A stretch of 14,239 bases of DNA from Candidatus Helarchaeota ASGARD archaeon Hel_GB_B (GCA_005191425.1 SUPR01000089.1:1-14239), one strand, 5' to 3'; counted from the stretch's first letter, positions 7,295-14,238 are shown. Translations and numbers: made by a program. The notes: generated by a model not told the origin, from the letters alone.

Positions 7295-8557
7295 TTGCTA
7301 AATATATTGTTAATAAACCCAAATGATATGAAACACCCACCTGTAATTCCAATTGGCTTAGAATATTTAAAAACCTATCTCATGAAAGACGGCTATTCTG
7401 TGAAAATTCTTGATTTATGTTTTGAAACTCGTCCACTGAAAAAATTGCAGAATATTTTACAAGAAAATACCTATGATATCGCAGGGATTACAATCAGGAA
7501 TATAGATTTGAGCTCATATTATAGAAATAAGTTTTATTTACCCAGAATTAAAAAAATTGTAGAAATAATAAAAAATTACGGTATTCCAGTTATATTAGGG
7601 GGAGCTGGATTTACTGCTATGCCCGAGGAAATTTTAAGTTATTTAAGAGCTGATTATGGAATTGTAGGTCCAGGAGAAAAAGCTTTTACAGATTTTTTAG
7701 ACAAATGGAAAAAAAATAAACTAGAAAAAAATATATTAAATGGCTGGCAATTTAACCCGGATTATGATTTAATACATTATCGTGGAAAAGATGTCGATTA
7801 TAAAAAATACATTTCAGATGGGGGTATAGTAGGGTTTGAAACTCATAAAGGATGTTCCGGTTTGTGCCCATATTGTATAGAAGCAAAGAACCCACTCCAT
7901 TTTAAAAAAATACCCAATATAATTGAAGAATTAAAGTTTTTAATAACGAATGGTTTTGACCATTTTCATCTATGTGATTCTGAATTTAATGACGATTTGG
8001 CTTATTCTATAAAATTTTGTGAGAAATTAATAGAAGCAAGGTTAAAATTGAAATGGACATTGTATATGAAACCATCACCTTATAATGAACATTTATTTCG
8101 TTTATTACATGATTCAAATGCCTATCTAATAACATTATCAGTTGATAGCTATGAAAAATTTCATAAATTAAATAATTATTCTTATCAAGATCTTGAAAAC
8201 ATTATAAATTATTGTAAAAAATATAACATACAATTAGATATTGATTTATTATGTGGTTATCCAGGTGAACCAAAAGAATCAATAATTAAAATGATAAAAT
8301 TCTTTAAAGAAACGCGACCAAATAATGTCGGGATCACTTTTTATTACCGAATTTATAATCATACACAACTTGCAAATATTATCAAAAACAATTTTAAATT
8401 TCAAAAAAGATTAACAAGAAAACTTCAAGATCCCGAGGATTTTTTGGAGCCAATTTTTTATTCAAATTACGATATTAAATTTTTTAAAAAATTAATTGAT
8501 AAAGACAAAATATTCAGGATTTCAGGGCTTAAACCAGGTGTGAATTATCAATTATAA
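7295..8557 (+). CDS. Cobalamin-binding radical SAM enzyme (class B methylase), TsrM-like
   Basis: N-terminal B12-binding domain (LLINPN..HPP..P.GL, ILDLCF, GITIRNID, PVILGGAGF..MP, YGIVGPGEK). CxxxCxxC at C187/C191/C194 (7853-7876), then HLCDSEFN, YMKPSPYNE and LLCGYPGE. TTG start. Confidence 0.92.
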   Translation: MLNILLINPNDMKHPPVIPIGLEYLKTYLMKDGYSVKILDLCFETRPLKKLQNILQENTYDIAGITIRNIDLSSYYRNKFYLPRIKKIVEIIKNYGIPVILGGAGFTAMPEEILSYLRADYGIVGPGEKAFTDFLDKWKKNKLEKNILNGWQFNPDYDLIHYRGKDVDYKKYISDGGIVGFETHKGCSGLCPYCIEAKNPLHFKKIPNIIEELKFLITNGFDHFHLCDSEFNDDLAYSIKFCEKLIEARLKLKWTLYMKPSPYNEHLFRLLHDSNAYLITLSVDSYEKFHKLNNYSYQDLENIINYCKKYNIQLDIDLLCGYPGEPKESIIKMIKFFKETRPNNVGITFYYRIYNHTQLANIIKNNFKFQKRLTRKLQDPEDFLEPIFYSNYDIKFFKKLIDKDKIFRISGLKPGVNYQL

Positions 8558-8576
8558 ATTAAATTTTGAGGAGCAT

Positions 8577-9536
8577 CTAAATTTTATACACTTTTTCCCC
8601 ATTTCTTAGAATTTTACCTTCTTTTTCTAATTTTATTAAATGACTTTCAATAATTGCAACTCCTGGAAAGATCTGGATGAGAGAATCATTATAAAATAAT
8701 TTGACCAAATCAATTAATTTTTGTGGAGATTTCTCGAGTTTTTCCATGATTTTCTGGTCTTTTAATAATATTTTATTACGAATTTGAGTGATACGCTCTT
8801 TGATGTTGTAAAATTTATTTCCATGGGCAGGATAGACACTACTTACACTTAATTTTTCAATTTTTTTTAGACTGTCAAGATAACCAATAGCTCCACCCGA
8901 GCTGGGACTGTACCATGCAGTCCCTTTTTCACCAATTAAATCACCAGAAAGGAGAAAATGTCTATCAAGTTCAAAAAAAGAAGTGTGACCGGGAGCATGT
9001 CCAGGAGTAGTCAATATTTTAAATTTATAATCGCCAAAATTTAGTATATCATCATCGTCAAAAGTCTGGATATTGCAATCTTCCGGTAATTGAGACATCG
9101 CACATAGAATTTTGAAATTATCGTTTATATCAGAAATTTTCTTTAAATTATGCTCTGAATCTGAATTGTAGTATTTGGATATTAATGGGACATCAAAATA
9201 TAAATTTAATAAGTTAATATTTTGAGCGATTTTTTTTTCTATTTTATTGATATATATTTTTATATCTGAAAATTCAATATTAAATCTCTTCAAATCCTTA
9301 AATATCCACGAAATTCCACCCATATGGTCAGGGTGCGCATGTGAAATTACTATTGAATGAATATCTTTTATGTCTAAATTATTTATTTTAAATTGTTGAT
9401 ACAATTTACGAATAAATTTTTTAAGACCGCACCCAACATCAATTAAGATTAAGCCTTCACTGTCTTTAATTACAAACACATTAGCTGAAGCAGGCCACAT
9501 AGGTTTATCTGCTTTTAAGAAAAAGAAATTTTGCAT
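8577..9536 (-). CDS. Metallo-beta-lactamase-fold hydrolase with probable C-terminal winged helix
   Basis: Motifs LIDVG, SHAHPDHMGG (HxHxDH), TPGHAPGH, LSGDL and YPAHG. The C-terminal 'LIDLVKLFY...IIESHLIKLEKEGKILRNGEKVYKI' is wHTH-like, as in LACTB2-type enzymes. Confidence 0.92.
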   Translation of the reverse strand: MQNFFFLKADKPMWPASANVFVIKDSEGLILIDVGCGLKKFIRKLYQQFKINNLDIKDIHSIVISHAHPDHMGGISWIFKDLKRFNIEFSDIKIYINKIEKKIAQNINLLNLYFDVPLISKYYNSDSEHNLKKISDINDNFKILCAMSQLPEDCNIQTFDDDDILNFGDYKFKILTTPGHAPGHTSFFELDRHFLLSGDLIGEKGTAWYSPSSGGAIGYLDSLKKIEKLSVSSVYPAHGNKFYNIKERITQIRNKILLKDQKIMEKLEKSPQKLIDLVKLFYNDSLIQIFPGVAIIESHLIKLEKEGKILRNGEKVYKI

Positions 9537-9560
9537 TCCGATTTATCACTTAAAAAAACT

Positions 9561-10667
9561 TTATAATTCTTCTATTTCTTGTAGTTTTTTATTGATAACT
9601 TTTAATGAATGCTCATATAAATATTTTCCTAAATCATGTCTAAAAAGGCTATCTGCAATTGGAGTTATTTCTTTTTTTATAGGTATCAATAAAGAATTGA
9701 ATATTTCACAAAAAATACTCTTCAATTTGTCCGTGAAATTAATACTATAATTATAGATTGGGGTTAATTTAAACGGATTATGAGCATTATTTTTGAAAAA
9801 CAAAATATTCTCAGCGCCAGCCATCCAAGAAGGGCCAAAAAATTGTTCTTTATTAAAATCAATTATAAAGAGGTATTTGTTTTTTAAGATGAACTCTTTA
9901 AATGATTCTATTCCATCTAAGATTATATTTAAAATTTCATTTCCAATTTCTTTAACAGTTCTTTTAGGTATTAACTCAGTCAATTGCTTCAAAATAATAA
10001 ATCCAAACAAATTTTTAAGACAATTTATGGAATAAAGTTTACCGTCCTTATTTTCATCGACAATTTTTTCGAGTCTGGACCTTAAATTACAATGTCTCTC
10101 ATAGAAATTTTCATAAACAGATTGGGATATATATTTATTGAGCAATTCTCTTTTTATCTTTGGAATTTCGTTAAATTTTGTTAACGATGTAAACTCGCTT
10201 GTCATTGATTCTTGATAAATACTTATGTTTAAATCAAGATTTTTAATCCTACTATTAATAAGCTCTAAAGCTTGACCTAAGTCCAAATTTCTGAAACTAC
10301 TTGGATAAATTTTTTCCTGAAATAAATTAGATAAATTATTGGTAAATTCGCTGGATTTTAAGAGTACCCAATCAAAGAAAATAGTTTTAAACTTATGAGG
10401 AGAAATTAAATTATAGCTATTTTTCTCAACATTTTTATTAATTAACCCATTTAGATATAGGATTCTTAATACTTTTGAAGCTTTCATTTTTGTTATGTTT
10501 AAAACTTTAGATAATATACGGTTATCTATAATGTTATAATTATCAAAATTACCATTTAAAACCTCAAAAATAAAACGAGATACCTCATCATAATATTGAA
10601 TAGAATCCTTTTTTGCTTTTAAAAGATCCATAATAATATTAAGCTTTTGAATTTTCTCGGGGTCCAT
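9561..10667 (-). CDS. TrmB-like winged-helix transcriptional regulator, paralog B
   Basis: HTH 'NRILSKVLNITKMKASKVLRILYLNGLI', wing 'NSYNLISP', a long dimerisation-type helix and an alpha/beta C-terminal region. Colinear with the neighbouring 362-aa protein. The CDS is certain; the TrmB-like call is moderate. Confidence 0.7.
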   Translation of the reverse strand: MDPEKIQKLNIIMDLLKAKKDSIQYYDEVSRFIFEVLNGNFDNYNIIDNRILSKVLNITKMKASKVLRILYLNGLINKNVEKNSYNLISPHKFKTIFFDWVLLKSSEFTNNLSNLFQEKIYPSSFRNLDLGQALELINSRIKNLDLNISIYQESMTSEFTSLTKFNEIPKIKRELLNKYISQSVYENFYERHCNLRSRLEKIVDENKDGKLYSINCLKNLFGFIILKQLTELIPKRTVKEIGNEILNIILDGIESFKEFILKNKYLFIIDFNKEQFFGPSWMAGAENILFFKNNAHNPFKLTPIYNYSINFTDKLKSIFCEIFNSLLIPIKKEITPIADSLFRHDLGKYLYEHSLKVINKKLQEIEEL

Positions 10668-10718
10668 TCATAATGTACTTCCAAAATTATTTCTATACAA
10701 TAATTGTTTCTAATCTGT

Positions 10719-11807
10719 TTATTGTTCTTCAATTTCCGAAATTTTATTTGAAATAGTTCTTAAACAGTGATTGTACAATTTCTCTCCTAAATCTTTTTTA
10801 ACAATTATTTCGGACAAATTATCATAAATAGAATATTTAATAAGTAGGTTATTAAAAAATTTATTAAAAATCCTGACCATATTATCACAATAACTATTAC
10901 CAGATGTAATATGTAATTCCATAAGGTCGCTTTCAGAGGTGCTACTATAATACATACGAAATACATAGGGCGGTAAAATAGAAATAGGGCCATTAAAACA
11001 AGTACTATCGAAATCTAATAAGACCATTAATTCATTTTCTAAGAAATAATCTTTAAATTCTATGATAATATTTTTAAATCGTTCTAAATAAGCAATTAAA
11101 ATATGGGACAGGGTTTGCTTTGTATAGCCTTTTGAGATTAAGGTATCGATCATTCTTTGATAATCACGCTTTAGAAATAAAACATAGAAAAATTTTCCTT
11201 CAGAATTAGAGTTATGAATTTTTTCCAGTCTAGATTTTATTATTTGAAATCTTTTATATCTATTTTTATAGTTAATTTTGAACATAATTGAATTATAAGC
11301 CTTTTTTTCAAAATTGGGTAATTTAGACCATTCAATTGGAGTTGTTAAAGCTGATACTGGTGATTCTTGGTAAACATTTGTATTTAAATTAAGAAATTTA
11401 AGTTTATTATTGAAAAATGCCAAACCATCAAGTGGATTGAGTTTAATATAAAAATTTGGGTATATATTTTTTCCGATTATTGATTTTATTGTATTAGCAG
11501 CTGATTTCATGTGTGTCTCAATTGAATTTATAAAAATATTCTCAAATTCATTCTGGTCAATAAGATAATATAGATTTTTATTAGGAGAACCTTTTATGAG
11601 ATGAAATTTTTTTAATTTTCTTAAAATAGAGCTTGCTTTTACTTTAGAAATGTTTAGTGTCCTGGCAATTATTTCATCATTTAAGAATTTGTAATCATTA
11701 TACTCGCCATCTAAATATTTAGTAATAAAGGAACAAATATCTTGATAATTACCAATTCTTAACATCTTCAAAAAAGTGTAAACCGCAGTTTTCTTCTTTT
11801 TTTCCAT
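10719..11807 (-). CDS. TrmB-like winged-helix transcriptional regulator, paralog A
   Basis: HTH 'DEIIARTLNISKVKASSILRKLKKFHLI', wing 'NLYYLID' and a following long helix. Shares blocks with paralog B over its full length. Confidence 0.7.
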   Translation of the reverse strand: MEKKKKTAVYTFLKMLRIGNYQDICSFITKYLDGEYNDYKFLNDEIIARTLNISKVKASSILRKLKKFHLIKGSPNKNLYYLIDQNEFENIFINSIETHMKSAANTIKSIIGKNIYPNFYIKLNPLDGLAFFNNKLKFLNLNTNVYQESPVSALTTPIEWSKLPNFEKKAYNSIMFKINYKNRYKRFQIIKSRLEKIHNSNSEGKFFYVLFLKRDYQRMIDTLISKGYTKQTLSHILIAYLERFKNIIIEFKDYFLENELMVLLDFDSTCFNGPISILPPYVFRMYYSSTSESDLMELHITSGNSYCDNMVRIFNKFFNNLLIKYSIYDNLSEIIVKKDLGEKLYNHCLRTISNKISEIEEQ

Positions 11808-11958
11808 CGATCAACCCATTTGAATTAGTTATAATTTATAGATAGTAATTTATCATCATATAGGTATATAAATTGAATCTTTTTATAAAATTTAAAAATT
11901 AAAACTAAAATTAATCTGAACTATTATAGAGAATATTTATCAAAATAGTGTTGCTAAA
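11808..11958. promoter_or_regulatory. Divergent promoter region between the regulator operon and the GNAT operon
   Basis: 151-bp gap. Perfect palindrome TTTTATAAAA at 11881-11890, almost centred. TATATAAA at 11865-11872. Direct repeat TAATTTAT at 11832-11839 and 11846-11853. Confidence 0.5.
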
Positions 11959-12390
11959 ATGAATATTAAACATGTAAAAGTAAAAGATGCCCCGGTTATT
12001 ACGCACATTGCAGAAAATTGCGCACCATTATTAAGGGCCAGTGTAGAAGGTACTTATGAATTTCTTGCTCGTTGTTTTTCAAATACTTTTTTCGTTTGTG
12101 AAACAGATAATAAATTGATTGGATATATAGTAGGGTTTCCAAACACCGCCATAAAAGGTGAATTCTGGATTTACCAGGTAGGTGTTTTAAAAGATTACAG
12201 AGGTAAAGGAGTTGGTTCTAAACTATTTGAAGCTCTTTTTGACCAGGTTAAAAAGGAAAATTATCTACGAATAAGGTCTCATTATATCTTTACAAATAAA
12301 CATTCAGCAAATTTACATGCAAAATTTGGAATGAAAGTTTGTGGTCAAGATGATAGAGGATATTTTGTTGAAATAAATTTAAATGAATAA
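11959..12390 (+). CDS. GNAT family N-acetyltransferase (EctA-like features)
   Basis: Acetyl-CoA motif A 'IYQVGVLKDYRGKGVGSKLF', motif B 'NKHSANLHAKFGM' and 'FFVCETDNKLIGYIVG'. The segment 'TYEFLARCFSNTFFV' resembles the EctA N-terminal region as I recall it. Confidence 0.88.
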   Translation: MNIKHVKVKDAPVITHIAENCAPLLRASVEGTYEFLARCFSNTFFVCETDNKLIGYIVGFPNTAIKGEFWIYQVGVLKDYRGKGVGSKLFEALFDQVKKENYLRIRSHYIFTNKHSANLHAKFGMKVCGQDDRGYFVEINLNE

Positions 12391-12451
12391 AAATTTAAAA
12401 AAAACCTAAAAAACCGTTATTAACATAAATGACAAAAAATTGGGAAGAATT

Positions 12452-13795
12452 ATGGAAAATGAAATTTTGTTTAAAACAACTCTTTTATTTTGGAGATTAT
12501 ATGAAACTTATTTAAGCTATTCTAATGATGAAATGCTTAAAGTTCTCCAAAAAAGCAAATATAAACTCTACGACAAATATTTTTTTGTAAATAATAAAGG
12601 TGAAAAAATCCCTTTAAAATGGATAGCCACTACAGGAAAGTTTTTTGTCCCTCATTGTTTTGAATTAGAAGTCCTAGAATTTAAATGTCGAGACCACGAA
12701 TCAGAAATTTATGGAAAAATACAAATTGATTGTCATATATTTCCTGAAGGGGTATTATTATTACAATCTAAATTGGATTTTGAAAATTTCAATTCAGTAA
12801 ATCAACTCATTACAGCTTCAATACCAACAAATATAATTTTATCAAATGGTAAAGATATGGCACAAGAACTTGACGACTTAGCAGATGATATTATTAATTA
12901 TTTACAATCTAAAATTAATAGGAAAAAGAAAATTTTAGGTGAGAAACCCAAACCATGGCACCACAATTGGGTCTGGTGGGAATCTAAACCAAAAGTTCCG
13001 ATAAATGAATTTGATATTAATGGCAAACATTTTAAATATGCGTTAGGGATGTGTACTCGTTCCGATAAGTGGAATGTTTTAAATCCAGAAAATTACGTCA
13101 CCATTATAGAAGACATTTTTAATTTAAGTCCATATTCAGGTAATTGCGTCTATCTAACACATCCAGGTAATTGTATTATACCCAGTAAAGATTTCTTAGA
13201 CCCAAAATCTATTAAAAATACTATTGTTGATGTAATTTTTGCTGCAGAAATAGGTAATGTCCAGAGATATTTGATATTAAACCATTTACAAGATATTAAT
13301 TTTAAGTCTCTCGAAATTCAGGAATTATTATATAAATATTCTCAAGATAAATTAAAAACTAAAGAACTTATTAACAAACTAGAAGAAACTGAGCAAATGT
13401 TAAATGAGATAGTCCTTGAAATTAATAGAAACTTACAAATTACAAGGACACCAAGATTGATTTTTACAAGCGTTTTTAAAACTAAGTTGATGAAACAGAT
13501 GATACACGTATTACATGGAGACCTGTTTTTGAATAGCCTAGAACTAATTATTGACAAAATGAAGGATGCAATTGACAGACAGAGAAATATAATTACAATG
13601 AAAGTTAATGCAGAAGAAAATAGCTTTTTAAGAAACCTTCAAATCGTATTTATTATTGGCCTAATTGCTCAGATGGTAACATTGTTCTATATAGATACTA
13701 CCACTGGTTTTAATCTTGAGGGAGGTGCCTTTTTCATTGTTATTTCAATAATTCTCTCAATATTAATATTATACGTATTAAGGCGCTTTAAATGA
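12452..13795 (+). CDS. CorA-like architecture membrane protein (soluble alpha/beta domain, long helices, two C-terminal TM helices)
   Basis: The ORF track starts at TTG 12440; ATG 12452 has GGGAAG upstream and is preferred. Heptad-like helices (LQDINFKSLEIQELL...KLEETEQMLNEIVLEI; LELIIDKMKDAIDRQRNIITMK) run into TM1 'LQIVFIIGLIAQMVTLFYI' and TM2 'GGAFFIVISIILSILILYVL', ending RRFK. There is no canonical GMN motif. Confidence 0.6.
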   Translation: MENEILFKTTLLFWRLYETYLSYSNDEMLKVLQKSKYKLYDKYFFVNNKGEKIPLKWIATTGKFFVPHCFELEVLEFKCRDHESEIYGKIQIDCHIFPEGVLLLQSKLDFENFNSVNQLITASIPTNIILSNGKDMAQELDDLADDIINYLQSKINRKKKILGEKPKPWHHNWVWWESKPKVPINEFDINGKHFKYALGMCTRSDKWNVLNPENYVTIIEDIFNLSPYSGNCVYLTHPGNCIIPSKDFLDPKSIKNTIVDVIFAAEIGNVQRYLILNHLQDINFKSLEIQELLYKYSQDKLKTKELINKLEETEQMLNEIVLEINRNLQITRTPRLIFTSVFKTKLMKQMIHVLHGDLFLNSLELIIDKMKDAIDRQRNIITMKVNAEENSFLRNLQIVFIIGLIAQMVTLFYIDTTTGFNLEGGAFFIVISIILSILILYVLRRFK

Positions 13796-13834
13796 CTTTA
13801 TATTTGAAAAGATCGCTTCTATACACAAAAAAAT

Positions 13835-13846
13835 TCTTTTTTTTTT
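13835..13846 (+). terminator. Oligo-T tract after the CorA-like gene
   Basis: TTCTTTTTTTTT about 40 nt after the stop at 13795. Confidence 0.45.
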
Positions 13847-13988
13847 CACGATTTTAATGCAATTTAAAAATTATTAAAATATACATTATTTGATAACCTT
13901 TTAACGATTGATAATAGTTTATGTTGAAAGTAAATTAAAACGAATTTATTTCACTCCACATTCATTATATTCTTTTAATTTCTATTAT

Positions 13989-14019
13989 AAACAAAAAAGG
14001 AACAAAAAAAAGAAAAAAA
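13989..14019 (-). terminator. Oligo-T tracts (minus strand) after the basic ORF
   Basis: Plus-strand AAACAAAAAAGGAACAAAAAAAAGAAAAAAA reads as T-tracts on the minus strand, about 40-65 nt downstream of the stop at 14056. This supports a minus-strand transcript ending here. Confidence 0.45.
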
Positions 14020-14055
14020 TTTTTTAATTAAATATAACAAGTCATAAATTAAAGA

Positions 14056-14238
14056 TCATTTTTTCTTTCTTTTTAATTTCCTTTTTACTCTTTTCATTCT
14101 TTTTTTCTTAGTCTTTTTGGTCATAGCAGGGTGTCTGTGTTTTCCCATTATAATCGCCTGATTTTTAATAGGTTTCCATTTATCAATTATTAACTTAATT
14201 TGTCCGGAAAAATTACGATTATACCAACAAATTTTATA
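14056..14238 (-). CDS. Lys/Arg-rich ORF at the right edge: either the C-terminus of a truncated gene or a 30-aa basic peptide starting at ATG 14148
   Basis: Not in the ORF track. The frame is open from 14238 to TGA at 14056: YKICWYNRNFSGQIKLIIDKWKPIKNQAII-MGKHRHPAMTKKTKKKRMKRVKRKLKRKKK*. AGGCG lies 6 nt upstream of ATG 14148. Confidence 0.6.
   Translation of the reverse strand, partial: YKICWYNRNFSGQIKLIIDKWKPIKNQAIIMGKHRHPAMTKKTKKKRMKRVKRKLKRKKK

Noticed and set aside
7152-7352. 66-aa minus-strand ORF
   Set aside because: Overlaps both flanking plus-strand genes; composition reflects AT-rich intergenic DNA.
7295-8557. Naming the radical SAM gene tsrM, or calling a thiopeptide/RiPP cluster
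   Set aside because: No precursor peptide, YcaO or dehydratase genes are seen; the substrate is unproven, so it is reported only as TsrM-like.
9793-10035. 80-aa plus-strand ORF
   Set aside because: Antisense inside regulator paralog B.
10805-10993. 62-aa minus-strand ORF in an alternative frame
   Set aside because: Nested out of frame in regulator paralog A, whose frame is supported by paralogy.
11959-12390. Naming the GNAT ectA
   Set aside because: The resemblance is partial and ectB/ectC are absent from the window, so no gene symbol was assigned.
13342-13557. 71-aa minus-strand ORF
   Set aside because: Antisense inside the CorA-like gene.
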